Source: Adineta vaga
Lineage: Eukaryota > Animalia > Rotifera
DNA length: 64,000 nt
NCBI GenBank assembly: GCA_021613535.1
Contig: CP075492.1
Span: 62,001-126,000 of the forward strand
Direction of reading: 5' to 3'
This document shows, one piece after another, positions 36,433 to 49,657 of the stretch; positions within the stretch are counted from its first letter, which is position 1, and every line of letters begins with the position of its first letter. The notes beneath the pieces were generated by a model that ran no database searches, was not told the DNA's origin, and was given only the letters and a program-made list of their open reading frames with translations. The translations under genes and the position numbers were made by a program.

Positions 36433-36979
36433 ACCCTCACCCTCACCCACACCCTCACACTCAAGATCCATCTGGTGTCGTGTGAAACCAGGGAAGGTTT
36501 GGCAGAAAGTACACGAAACCTACCGTCAGACGGCGAAACCATTGATGGCTGTGTGGACACGTTACAGGACCATCAATGGTTTTCTATACGTCGTAAAAAG
36601 TCTTTACGAGTTTTCGTTTTCAAACTGTCGAACCTTTTCGATCTTACCGAGCTATTTTAAGTTCGGTAGATGAAGCAGGAAACTTTTTCAACTTTTCCGA
36701 ACCTGAAATAGTTCGGTACGAGCATAAAAAACCATGTAGATTCGGTAAAACACCTATTATTTTAGAGAGTAGTAAACATTCTTCCTACGTTGAATGTTAT
36801 TATGCTTAAATATAATGACGAGACTTGAACTAATAATAAACTTTATTTGATTTTTTAGAAATTTTCGATCTTTTACTGTTGGTTTGCGATCATTTTCAAC
36901 TAAACTCTACCTTTAACAACAAAACCTATACATAGATGGTACGAACTGAAACTATGAACATGACAGACAAAACACATAC

Positions 36980-38375
36980 ATGTCGAGCTTGAAGTTTAGA
37001 TTCAACTGAAAAAAATATTTTCAATTGAAACTAAAAATTTCAATTGAAACTTTTCAATTCAAGTTTCAAATGAGATTTTCTATAAGAATTACTTCAATTG
37101 AAATCTTCAATTGAAAAAAATATTTTCAATTGAAAAAAGAATTTCAATTGAAACTTTTCAAGCAACTTGAGGGTGTACTGAGGGTGCGGCGGGGTAATAG
37201 CTAGATGAGGGTGTGCGGAGGGTGCGGCGGGGTAATAGCTAGATGAGGGTGTACTGAGGGTGCGGCGGGGTAATAGCTAGATGAGGGTGTACTGAGGGTG
37301 CGGCGGGGTAATAAGTAGATGAGGGTGTGCGGTGGGAGCGGTGGGGTAACAGTATATTGTGACAATCTCTCTGATATGCGCTGTACGCGTGATACGGTTT
37401 TTCTCATCTAATGGATTATCCTTATTTCTGTACATTCTGATGTACTTTGATATGATATTTTCTTGCGTTCTCTTGTGTATGGACGAGTATATAAACGCGT
37501 GTTTTGTATCAGAACGATGCGATTTACGAGGAAGAAATTAATAAAGGCGTAGTTCCATCAGCGCATACATCTCCTCCATCAAAAATCGTCACATATATAT
37601 GTACCGGAAAATCGAAGGCTTCGTCAAAGTTATCGTACGCAGAAATATCTTAAAGTAGACCTATAGAATTGGTTAGAATTGAGTTTAAGGAAGTCAAATC
37701 TCGGTCATACTCGACACGTGCTGTTTCACACTACATGAAATCAATACTATGGTTCGAATCTGTTTTTTTCTGTATGCGACTAAGGAACGGTTTATATGTG
37801 TATGTGTCCATTGATTATTTTATGGTTCACATTTGTACGAATAGGTCTTATTAAACTAGTTTCAGTTTCTAGAATCTTTGAATATTCACCGAAGAGAAAC
37901 TTAATGAATAATCGATTCATACCGTTGGCTCCCTTCACGATGTAACTTTAGCAGAAAAACAAGATATCTATCTAATACATCTGAATAGATCAATCAACAC
38001 TTGTATATCTTTAATAAGAAGACAATTTAATGTAATCTATTCGTAATTGTCCAGAAAAAACATCCAATCGCTAAATGTCACGCATGTGCCGCTGGTGAAA
38101 AATCGATCTTCAAACTCAAACGAAAAAAAATCTTTTTCTTCCATTCTAAAATAGATGTCCCAAATGCTCACTCATAAAAAAGCGATCTACTGAATTGAAA
38201 AGAAAATCCATTTTTTAAATTTCAAAAACCATAGCCCGTATGCAAGAGGGAACAATGGGATTTCAACTGTCCAAATCACTTCGAAATCATCCAGATAATC
38301 TCATTTGAAACTTGAATTGAAAGGTTTCAATTGAAGCGATAATTTTCAATTGAATTCAAGTTTCAAGTTTGACAC
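36980..38375. mobile_element. Degenerate MITE with TTCAATTGAA subterminal repeats, containing a minisatellite
   Basis: TGTCGAGCTTGAAGTTTAGATTCAACTGAA versus right-end reverse complement TGTCAAACTTGAAACTTGAATTCAATTGAA; the palindromic motif clusters at both ends. Confidence 0.5.
37168..37353 (+). repeat. 38-bp G-rich minisatellite containing TGAGGG units, about 5 copies
   Basis: Unit TGAGGGTGTACTGAGGGTGCGGCGGGGTAATAGCTAGA. Confidence 0.9.
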
Positions 38376-41165
38376 TACTGCTGCTTTTGATGGTTTAAAA
38401 ACTCTGATTGATGAACTTATAATTGATAGTCAACAAAAATCTCGACTAACTGCAGATTTACAACGTGCTAAACAGTATCTTAAATCTGACTTTAAACTTC
38501 ATGTAAATCGTTCGTCATCTATACGTGATCACTGCACTGTATTCTCATTAAGCGAAGGACGTTCTCAGTTTTATTCATCATTATGCGATCATAATCATGA
38601 TGAAATTTGTATTGAATGTACAAGTCTAAAGAATGTTCTTTTCAATATTAAAGAAATAATACAAAAGCAAAAGTCGCAAGAAGATATCGATCGAACAATG
38701 TATGATTACAATGATTTTGTAGAATCTATAATAGCATGGAAAGCGCATTTACTACGTTGTGTTAACCAGGATGCATGTCGAACAAATATTTTACAAGAAA
38801 TGTCTGATGATTGTGTATTCTTGAATTTAGACTGGGCGATGAAGTAAGTTGTTTCGGTATGCAAAATCTATCCAATTTACAGAGCAGTAGTTTTATCAAG
38901 GAATATATATATATTATCTGTTCTCTTTTTTTCAAGGCATATATGTTATTGAGGACTTGACAGAATACAGCAAAAATACTCTTGATGCGTTTATCATACT
39001 TTATTCCGAAAGATTTTTTGAAAAGCATTATTGAATGATGTTCCCGTCGAAAGATCGAAAACTTTATCATATACTTTCTGTCATTACAATTCGTTTATAA
39101 CTTTTTTCATTCACTTATTAGATAGACGCTACGCCATGATAGAAGGCGCGTGGATCTATGAATATACCATGTACTTTGATTACCACTAAAAAAAACTATC
39201 AAACATTAAAAAAACACTAAATGAAAGATGTAAATTTCCTTGATATAGATGCAATTTTTATCGCTTCTATGCAATAAAGCAGCAACTCTGTGATAATAAA
39301 CAGATATCGAATATCTACTCGTATACGGTCTGAAACATCGGTACTAGTTATTAGCTTTAGTTATTACTAAAATTCCACATAAAACTGAGGAACAATCAAT
39401 TTGAAAACTGTACTTTTTCTCGATTCATTTATAGGTGGCTTCCTACTTACTACCGAGAGGGACAAGAGGCGTTTTTCGGCAAGAAAGGTATCAGCTGGCA
39501 CATAACAGTAGTGTCAAACAAACGACGTAATAATGATGATGGTGAATATGACGATGAAGATGATGATAGTCAAATCGACGAAGAAGATGATTTATCAAGT
39601 GATGGAAATGATAAAAAAGATATTGACAAAGATCCAAGAGGAATAGTGCAAAAAAATGCTCTGGACCATACAGTATTTGTTCATGTCTTTGACCAAGTGG
39701 TACAAGATAGTGATGCAGTACTTTCTATTCTTCAAGACATTCTAATAAAAATAAAAACGTATAATCCAATGATCGAGAATGCTTACTTGCGATCAGACAA
39801 CGCTGGTTGTTACCATTCAGCTCAGAGTATTATGGTTTTGCCTCAATTATCCACTACTACCGGTATTGCAATAAAGCGATTTGACTTTTCTGATCCTCAA
39901 GGAGGAAAGGGTATGCCTTGTTTCTTGTACTTCCTTGTTATTTTATTTGTCTTAAAATAGGTTCATCAGATAGATATGCTGCTGTACTAAAGTCGCATGT
40001 TCGTCGTTATTCCAATGAAGGACACGACGTCTCAACAGCAGCTCAATTCGTAGCCGCATGCGCTTCATACGGTGGTATAAAAAATGTCCAAGTATTTGAA
40101 TGTCAATTGGCTCCTAGTCGTTCAAAAGATAAATATAAAATTGAAGATATCACGAAACTGCATAATTTTATCTATGAAAAAAATGGTATTCGTTCGTATC
40201 GCGCTTGGAATATAGGTCTCGGTAAAATGATTACGCTCGATAGAATTGGTGATGCTTCGCCAAAAATCATCTCTCTCGTTTGCTTCAATCCTTCAACAAC
40301 ACCAAGTTTTCTCGTGAATTCTTCTTCTGATAATCAATTGACTAATGCACCATCATCCATGACTAAAGATTCGAATTTTATCGATCAACAGAAGTCAAAA
40401 TCTAAACTGTTCTATTGTGATTATGAAGGATGTGTTTGTCGTTTCCTGAGCTATGGAAACCTTCTGCGTCATTTCAATAGTGGAAATCATCGCAAACGGA
40501 TTGAAAAGCTATCGGTAAACGATTTGTCAATGGTTACTTACAAGTCGAAGCTTGATGCTGCTGATAATCAAGAGCATTTGTCACTTGAATTGGAGAAAAT
40601 CTGTTTCAATCCTAATGACTACGCACATTTACCACTATCGACTCAGGGCTGGGCTCTGCCGTTACCTCGAAAAGTACAGCGACTAACTCCGAAAGTAAAG
40701 CAATTTCTGAAAAAAAAGTTTGACGATGGTCAGATACATGGTATACGATGGCAGCCTGATGCAGTTGTTCATGAAATGAAACATAGTAAAGACCAAAAGA
40801 CAGGAAAATATCTCTTCGATCTCTCGGAACTTATAAAAGTAAGTTCAGTTCGTTCCTTCTTCTCGAGACAAAAGGCAAGTAAACAAAAAGTGAACAATTC
40901 AGCATCATCTACTACAGATGATAATAATTCTATAACTGTTGAACAGGATGACAGTGAAGATGATACTGAAGAACAGTTTCAAGAACAATTAACAATGGAT
41001 TTAGAGCAACAAGTTGCTGATATACGATTAGCTATCGATAAAGAAAATGCAACTCAAAATAACTTAGCTCCGACTACGTCAAAACGGGCGTTAACCTCGC
41101 TTGAAAATGAAAATTCATCTTTCACACGAAAATCTCCTAGATTTCCGCGGAAAAATGAAGAATAA
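38376..41165 (+). pseudogene. Sola3-type transposase, 5'-truncated
   Basis: LDWAMK|WLPTYYREGQEAFFGKKGISWH (intron 38844-39434), LRSDNAGCYH, FSDPQGGK|GSSDR (intron 39911-39960) and a C2H2 finger CDYEGC...HFNSGNH. Confidence 0.8.
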
Positions 41166-42070
41166 TGAATCATTACCATTGTCGATAACGAACATTACAC
41201 TGTATTTGAACTTTTAGATCACAAATAAAAAATTAGTTGCTACCAACTATGTTTTTCATAAAATAAGACAATGTGCACTTCAAATATTTGATCCAAATGA
41301 TATTTTATAATATTAAAATTAACTATAGTAGATTGATACGGAGTATAGAGAAACTTACCGTTTCATATAATATCTCACTGAGGTAGTTGTAGAGACTAAT
41401 ATGACAAGCAGATATCAGTGTTCGATATTGTCATAGTTTTTATATTAAAAAAAAGTCTTAGTCATATTGTTAATAAATTGAAAAGTTCAAAAGTATCATA
41501 TAAAATATTATATAATGGTAGCACTATTTTATCTTTTAGGCTAAATAAGAGTACTATGTGCAAACTTCCGGGAAGTTTTTTTAAGTGCATTTTGTGCAGT
41601 TTTTTTCGCTCTATCGAATTCACTAGAAATTATTGTCGGCCCGAATATCTTTTGGTATTTTTTTTTATCAAAATACTAAAAAACTGTATACAATTTGCAA
41701 AATTTTTATGTCGCTTTTCAACGATTAGCCCCCGTTTAGATATTACAAAACAAGGATCTAAATACACAGTTTTGTAGAGCAAAACTTTCTCTATCTCTTG
41801 GTATATAAGTTGATTTGATTTGATTTATTTTTGGCAGAAAAAATAATGAAATACTAACGTTAGAAAAATATGACCATGCTACATATAGTTTTATGAAGAT
41901 ACTTTCAATATTTCTTTCACTGCTCGGCGAATATTAGTCAGGGAATGTTAAAATTTTGTATTTATGGGTTTTTTTACATGCTCTTTCATTTGGCATGCTC
42001 AAAAGGGTAGGTTAAAATTTTTGTGTGACACCTATACAAAAAAATGCTCGATTGAACCATGGAACGTCTC
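38376..42070 (+). mobile_element. Sola3-type DNA transposon, left end missing
   Basis: Right terminus ...GGAACGTCTC followed by TTAA (GAG terminus, TTAA target), plus transposase motifs. No left TIR found. Confidence 0.75.
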
Positions 42071-42396
42071 TTAATATACGAGGAAACGGGTCGAATCCTC
42101 TTGCTTAGGTATTTATAAACGTTCGAAAACGAAATACTCAACTTTTTTTGTAAAATCAGTTTCATATCCTCACTCAGGGTTTATCCCCACACCCATACTC
42201 CCACGTAAGTCAATCATCAACGAAAATATTTCTCATAAAAGTGAAAGCATAGAAAGAAGAAAGATATGAAAACATTCCGTCGTTCTTAGTTACATACAAA
42301 TACTCCCATTCACCAAAAAATTAAATGTCAATCATTTCCTTGAATATATAAAACTTAAATGAAAAAAAAATTCACAAATATATTTTTTTCAATCGA

Positions 42397-43446
42397 TTAA
42401 ATTTTTAAATAAATTGTACATTTTCTCGCATCTTTGTTATACTCAACTTTATCAATAGTAAAGTTAATGCCAGCTGGAAGTAAAACTTCGGCTTCCTTTT
42501 GGATTGCTGATAAAGATGATATATCCAAACCAAATGATTCTGTAAATGGACGATCAACAATATCAATAATAAACACCGTACATACTTCATCGGAAGCTAA
42601 TGAATCTGTAAATGTATCTGTTACGTCTGGATTTTTTGTCGTCGAAGAAAAAGCTGACCAACAACGTGTCTGTCCAATAGCTGTTTTACATTGTTCGATA
42701 TGTTGTATTTTACATTTACCACCACGATAAACACGTTGTTGAGTTTGTTTATTTGTTTCACGACAATTCCAAAGAGAATTTTGAAGAAGAAAACAATAAG
42801 GACCAAGTGTTCTTAATTTTGAATGATCTTCACTTCGTAATACATAATTCAAAATACGATAAAGAAAACATTCAACTGTATAAATATAAATACAGTATTT
42901 ACCAATATGAGATAAACTTTTATTCTTTATTTCGCGTAATTTCTTAGCAAATTCTTCACCTTTCTTTCTATCGTTTTGTTTTTCACACAATTTACTTTCT
43001 TCTTCTATACCATTAGCTGCCAATTCAAGAATTTTTTATGCACTTTCTTCTGTTAACATATAACAAGAATGATTATATTGATTAGCCCATTCAAAAATAA
43101 ATTTCGAGAAACCATTTCCTTCTATGAATGTTTTCGAAGGTAATTCAATCGGATTGAAACGCTGTTCACGTAATCCAAATGATTCTGCTGATTCGACAGT
43201 TTGACGACGAATGGGTCGTTGACGATTTTTATCCGTTATATGTTGTTGTACTTTATGCTTGAAATCGATCTTATAATTATTTCCTATCATAACTTCATTT
43301 TTATTTTGTTGATAAGCTTCTTCAATTATTTCATTTTTATCATCAGAAAAAGGTGACCATTCTTCTAGTTCATTTTTGGACCAAGGATTTGGATTGGATT
43401 TCCAATACCAAGAAATTCTAGATATTTCTTCAGTAGCGGCTGCCAT
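42397..43446 (-). pseudogene. WWE domain plus R-S-E type ADP-ribosyltransferase, one in-frame nonsense codon
   Basis: WYWKS...WSPF...IEEAY...QRPIRR (WWE) and VYRG, WSAFSSTT, EAEVLL (ART). TAA at 43036-43038 with the same frame on both sides. Confidence 0.85.
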
Positions 43447-44284
43447 CTTTTCAATTGTTAACACTGTTTCCACCGTTTCTAAAATATAGAAAAATAATAC
43501 AGTTTCGATTCTCTCAAACTCAATTTTCTAGTGAGACTGGAATCGATCTACTGACTGGCTTCTTACCAGTCTCTCGGGGCTGCACCAGATCCCTATTTTT
43601 TCCCCGAACTCGATCCAAATCCCGGCGGAACCCGGATAAAAAACCTGCATCTACCGAGCCCTACTTTTCACTTTGTTGTCGTGTATCTCCCGGAAGGATG
43701 AAGCCATTTTGTTACTTCTATTCAGTGGTTAGCATCTTTTTATATGTAAAATTCAATATCTACATTTTTCTTTAATTTTTCAGTCAATTTTCATTTTAAC
43801 TTTCACTCAAGATACTCTGATTTCTTAATATTTTTATTCAAAGTAGAACTCTCTGTGCTTTTTGCTAATCGCGATTTCATGAAACTCAGATGTAAATAAA
43901 AGTAAAAAAAATATATTAACTTCTGTGAATAAGAAACGTTTACATAAGTAAAAAGTATAGAAGAGCGCCAGTAAGTTTTTTTTACTTTTCTCATCGTGGG
44001 AAGAAGAGTAACAAAAAGCACTTTTTTACGCAACGAAAAATAATTTTCAACCATAATTCTTTTGTCTACAAAAAAACTCTTTTTGTTGCAAACATCTCAC
44101 AAATGGAGATTTTATTTTATCTTTACTTTATAAATAAAAGTAAAGAGTCACTATATCTTTATTTCTTTATCTTTATTCTTTGCAAAATATAGATAAACAT
44201 TCTGTTATTTTATTGTTTATTATAAGGAAAAATAAAGTAACACATCTACTCACAAACATTTTCTCTATTTTAATACAAAAAACG

Positions 44285-45271
44285 ATGGCATCTAGTTATG
44301 ATGGAACGAGACAAAATATTGTTTGGTATTGGCAGTCTAATACAAATCCTTTTTCTACAACTGAAGAAAAGAATTGGACAAAATACGCTCCGAGTGAAAA
44401 TGAATGTATTGAAGAAGCTTATACAGAGAATTCGAACAAAGTGGATATTAATCAAAACTACTTTATTGATTTTAAGAAAATGTTACAAATCAGTAAATAC
44501 GATCCGAATAAACAAAGACCAGTCAAGAGAGAAAAGGAAGATATTCAGCAACAGGTAACTATTCCTTCTTCAACAAGTGCTTCAGTGGCGCCTGGTGAAA
44601 AACTTAAGTTTGTTGACAAATGGATTAAACAAAATAATATTAGTTCGCATTATTTTAATGAGCAAAATGTTGAAGAAATCATTCTGCTAGCAGCGAAAGG
44701 TATTGAAACCGAAGGTAGATTACTGGGAAAAGAAGATGAAGGTATTAATTTAGCAGACAAATTACGAAAATTAAAAAGTTACAGTTTACTGGAAGTGAGT
44801 AAAACATGTGTTTATATTTCTACTCTGGAGACTTATCTATATAAAATTGTAAATAAATGTTTAAGAGAAGATGATATGAATAAAATCAACACGTTAGGTC
44901 CATTTTGTTTTCTATTGGTTAATGCTTTATGGATGTTACGTCGTAATGAAAATATCACTCTGTACAGAGGGGTAAATCTAAACGAAGAATTATTGATCGA
45001 TCACAAGGCTGCTATAGGAAAAGGATTTAGTTGGAAAGCTTTTACGGCAACAACACGTAACCGACAGATTGCTGAACGTTTTACAAACACATTATTTATT
45101 ATATCAGTTGTACAAATGCCTTTTAAACCAGCATATTGGACTCCTGTATCAGAATACTCGGAATACCCAGCCGAAGAGGAGGTACTTTTACCAGCTGCAG
45201 TTACTTACATAATCAATGATATCAAATATGATGATGCAACAAAAAAACATTTCATTTATATTACCATTTAA
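44285..45271 (+). CDS. WWE domain plus ADP-ribosyltransferase (328 aa, intronless)
   Basis: WYWQS...IEEAY...QRPVKR (WWE) and LYRG, WKAFTATT, EEEVLL (ART). Confidence 0.88.
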   Translation: MASSYDGTRQNIVWYWQSNTNPFSTTEEKNWTKYAPSENECIEEAYTENSNKVDINQNYFIDFKKMLQISKYDPNKQRPVKREKEDIQQQVTIPSSTSASVAPGEKLKFVDKWIKQNNISSHYFNEQNVEEIILLAAKGIETEGRLLGKEDEGINLADKLRKLKSYSLLEVSKTCVYISTLETYLYKIVNKCLREDDMNKINTLGPFCFLLVNALWMLRRNENITLYRGVNLNEELLIDHKAAIGKGFSWKAFTATTRNRQIAERFTNTLFIISVVQMPFKPAYWTPVSEYSEYPAEEEVLLPAAVTYIINDIKYDDATKKHFIYITI

Positions 45272-46018
45272 ACGTACAAATTCATCTCGCTTTTGATTGT
45301 TCTTATTCTTTTCTTTTCTTTCGAAATAAAAACAAGTGTTCGAGTTTTTTGTGATACATAATAAGAATAAGATATGATTGGTAATACACGTTCATACAAA
45401 GAATTCCATTGTTCTTTTACAGAAAAGTCAGTTTTGAAATAAAACAATTAAAATAGATAAAGCCTGTTCAAAAGTGATGTTGAGAAGTGTGAAATAATAA
45501 ATCATTCACATTCATAGTATATTGAAAAGAGATTGATAATGAATTCTATTTAACAATGTATTATAGGTAGTGGATGAGTGGAATTTATCATCACTCAATT
45601 TCGAAATAGAATCAAATAAATAAATCGTACGACTATCGTTTATTATCATGATATATTTGGAAATGTTAATCCATTCGAGCTGATTCGAAAGCAAAATTTT
45701 AGATCTTTACTTAAGTTTTCATTTTTATTTAGAATGCATATTTTTTCTTCGTTTCTGTGTGAATATCTTCTTTTAAAAATGCAAAAAGTAATACAAAGAG
45801 CTCTTCAACGACTAAAACAAATCGATGTGGGTGAATAGAAAGATGTGCATGTGAGTGAGAGTAAGTGTGAGTATGAAGAGAAGAGAAATACCTACATTCA
45901 TATCCACATTCTCACACACCCTCCAAATAAGATCAAATAAGCATAGTGAATTATTCTTTTATTCTTTATTTCTGTAATTTCGTTATAAATTTTATACTAT
46001 TATTGATTTATTCTTGTT

Positions 46019-46320
46019 TTACAAAAATCCTTTTGTTGAATATAATAAAAATGAATTATGAATATTCATTTTTAAAATCCGTTTATAAACGATTAAATTA
46101 TCATTCATTTTAGGGATATTGTTTACTTTCAATATACTAAAACAATTGAGTAATACTTCATCTGCATATTTGAATTGTGATTCTGTAGAAATATTTATTG
46201 GTTTATTAGCTTGTGTACAATCAGCAGAAATCTCTAACAAAACATCTTTCTCCCCAATTAATGATTTCGCTTTTTTCTCATCCACACCCGATGAGAAGGT
46301 GAAATTTAAATCTCACATAT
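46019..46320 (-). pseudogene. ADP-ribosyltransferase C-terminal fragment
   Basis: VLLEI...PINISTESQFKYADEVLL resembles the ART C-terminal block; no upstream exons recognised. Confidence 0.5.
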
Positions 46321-46641
46321 GACAAATTAAAATTCTGTCATTTTTCTACAAATTCTATGTAAAAAATTCAAGGTTTAAATTTCTTCTGTAACATATATAC
46401 ATATAAAAACATCCACTTCTCCCCTTATACTCTCACTAGATTGAATAGCATTCAATTCAATATTTTTTATTGAAAAAAGGATTAGAAAAACTGCCGATAT
46501 TCTCTCATTGAAACAAAATCAATTTTTCAATTATCAAAGGATTATATATCTTACATTGCAATTTTTGAAACATCACTGCATATGATGACTATATATAACA
46601 AAGAATGACAATGTCATTTTCTCATTCAAATTTGTCCTACA

Positions 46642-48122
46642 ATGATGATAAGAATAACAATAAATTGTTTCTTTTTGGTAATTTTAAAGTAATTTCTTTT
46701 TCAAAATTCTTCTAATTAACTAAATTCTCTTTTAGTTTCATAGGTTTGTTTACTATTTCATGTTTATCTGTATAGTATAATTGTATTTAAATAGTTCAAA
46801 TCAACTCTCAAACATGTAACAGCACAATTCCATATAGTCGATGTTCAATTAATAGTGCTTGTGGATGTTTTCCTATGATAGGTACTAATAATATTGGTGT
46901 TTGTGGTTTTCTCTGGAAAACATGTTCTCAACTCGTACCATGCGGATTATCACACGAATGTTCTGATCCAGATCATATCTGTCTTCATCATTCTCGATGT
47001 AATAATGATCCTATTTGTTATCCAGTATCGATGATCCATGAAAACATTTGTCCAACAATATCAACTGGTAAGTTAAAAATTGTTTAATCTAAATCATTTG
47101 TATTGATGCAAATAGTGACGAATACGACGAATACGACTACCATACCAATGGAAGTGACAACGACAAGTGAGTTTTATCATAATGTTTTTCAATGCAAAAA
47201 GTTTCTTCTCGGTTCGTTTTTAGAAATAAAATGGAACAAATGGAAACAAGAGGGAAACACTGTGGCTGGAGGAAATGGAACAGGAAATGAATTAAATCAA
47301 CTTCATAACCCTATAGGAATTGTTGTTGATAAAGATAAGAATATTTTTATTGCTGATAATGTAAATCATCGTATTATGAAATGGAAATCAAATGAAACTG
47401 AAGGAACAATTGTTGCTGGTGGAAATGGACGAGGTGATAGACTGAATCAATTGAATGGACCATTAAATGTGGTTGTTGATGAACAAAATAATTCATTGAT
47501 TATTAGTGATCAGGACAACAGACGTGTAATTCGATGGTTTAATGAAAATCAACAAGAAATTCTTATTGAAAATATCGATTGTAATGGTTTAGCAATTGAT
47601 AAATATGGATTTGTTTATGTTTCTGATCCTAAGAATAGTCAAGTAAAAAGATGGAAAATTGGAGAAAAAGGTGCAGGAACAATAGTGGCTGGAGGAAATG
47701 GGAAAGGATATCGACTCAATCAATTCAGTTATCCTACTTTTCTTTTCGTTGATGATGAACAATCAATTTATGTTTCTGATTGGAGTAATTATCGTGTAAT
47801 GAAATGGAGAAAAGATGCAAAAGAAGGTGTGATTGTTGCTGGAGGAAATGAAAAAGGAAATAATCTTGATCAATTGAATTATCCTCAAGGTTTGTTTGTT
47901 GATGATTATGGTCAAATCTATGTAGTAGATTATATGAATCATCGAATTATGCGTTGGAAAGAAGGTGTAAAAGAAGGTGAAATCATTGTTGGTGGAAATG
48001 GTGAAGGACAAGGAGATAATCAAGTGTCGTTTCCCATTGGTTTATCATTTGATTTGGAAGGAAATCTTTATGTTAGTGATCGTGCAAATCATCGAATCCA
48101 AAAATTCGATTTAATTTTTTAA
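46642..48122 (+). CDS. Secreted-type protein: Cys-rich N-terminal domain plus NHL-repeat beta-propeller
   Basis: Repeated VAGGNGxGxxLNQLxxP and YVSDxxNHRI units in 47224-48122, and a Cys-rich exon at ~46795-47067. 5' exons approximate. Confidence 0.8.
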
Positions 48123-48819
48123 TGAAAATTCAATCAAAGAAAAGAAAAAACAAATAAAGTTTTGAGAATTAGATTCGAATTCTGAAGGATTGCTTGATCT
48201 TTTTATTAACATATTACCGTGTTAAGAATATCACGTGGTATAATATATCGATAACTTGCTTCAACTTGTGTTGATATAATCATCATTATGATAAAAATTA
48301 CGTTGGATAATAAATAATTCATTTGAAGATATCTGTATGAATATTATAATAGACAGACTCATTTTTCTCTTCGTGATATATACGAACACGCGAAAAAGAC
48401 AACTTAATCTTCCATATAAGTATAAGTCAAGCAAATGTTCATTTTTCTGTGTATAAAACGATGGACAAAGAAAGGTTTGATTAAACATATGTATATACAT
48501 CGAGTCTAATTTTATTTATAATGAGTTGAGAGAAAGAGAAAAGAAGAAGATAAATATACCTTTGTGTATAATTGTGAATGTTCGTTACATCCATATTGTC
48601 CTGTTGTACTATTATACCATACAGGTTCCTCAAAACGTATTTTTATTTGATGGAAAAAAGAAAATATTTTCTTTAAATCATCCCTATGTTGCATATGTTG
48701 ATAGCAATAGAGTGATGTTGTAATTATAAATGTACATTTCATAATTAATTTCTATTACAATCTATATACTTTAATTGTCATTATACTTTTGTTTGTGTAA
48801 TATACATAGGTGTATTTAA

Positions 48820-49238
48820 GGAATCCCCATCTTGAGGGTGTGCGAGTATAGGCTTATTGAGACCCGTTCGACTTCTGGGAATTCTGAATCCCTGAGGAGT
48901 CCTTGAAGAATCCTTGAATCCTACATTATATATATTTCTTCTGGTCACGCCATACAGAATCCAGGCAATCACTGGAATCCAAAGGAATCCTCGAAAATTC
49001 AGGATTTCATGTTCCGTGTTTCTACCGTTGTAGCATCCATATCCTTAATGATCTGTTATCTCTCACAGCATACCTCGCAGCACCCACACCCACAGCAGGT
49101 TCTCATCCGTCTATACTGAAAAGATTCCGTGACTTCTTTAGATTCTTTGGATTTCGTGGATTCTGTATAGTATTTTCCAAACGAATATATGTTTAAGGAT
49201 TCAAGGATTCAGAATTCGTAGAATTCAGCCACTACTGG
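48820..49238. mobile_element. Degenerate MITE-like segment with GAATCC/GGATTC repeats
   Basis: Opposed GAATCC and GGATTC clusters ending CTACTGGG; left end unclear. Confidence 0.35.
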
Positions 49239-49243
49239 GCTTA

Positions 49244-49278
49244 CTGAGGGTGTGGGTGAGGGTGTGGGTGTGGGTGTG
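49244..49278 (+). repeat. Mixed TGAGGG/TGTGGG telomeric repeat tract
   Basis: TGAGGGTGTGGGTGAGGGTGTGGGTGTGGGTGTG next to minus-strand hammerheads. Confidence 0.88.
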
Positions 49279-49294
49279 TTTAATGTAATTAAAC

Positions 49295-49347
49295 TACCAC
49301 AATCTAGATTTCGATTCCTATTTAACAGAATCGTTCATCAGGTGGTA
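49295..49347 (-). ncRNA. Type I hammerhead ribozyme, variant core
   Basis: Minus strand TACCAC-CTGATGA-AC-GATTC...GAATC-GAAA-TCTAGA-TT-GTGGTA, with palindromic ATCTAGAT stem III. Confidence 0.78.
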
Positions 49348-49451
49348 AAGAAGTTCTGCAATATCAGTAAACTGAAGAAAATTTTTTGAAATTCTTAAAA
49401 TTCCGAAGAAATCTTCAAAGAATCTACTAGAAATAGAATTTCTAAAGGAAA

Positions 49452-49509
49452 ATGAAGCTCTCAAGACACGTTTCGTCCTTGCTTAAGGGACTCATCAGTT
49501 GAGTTTCAT
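49452..49509 (-). ncRNA. Type I minimal hammerhead ribozyme
   Basis: Minus strand CTCAA-CTGATGA-GTCCCT(TAAGC)AAGGAC-GAAAC-GT-GTC-TTGAG; core and stem II identical to the copy at 30.3 kb. Confidence 0.9.
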
Positions 49510-49657
49510 CTTCAACTACATAGAGTTAGTATAAACTAACTAGTCGTAGTTAATCATTTATCCAAAAGAAATAGAATTTCTAAAGGAAAATGAATTATTG
49601 TAGTATCTACGTTAGTGATATCTAAATAGGAAATTGTTTGTATATGAGTAAAATGAT

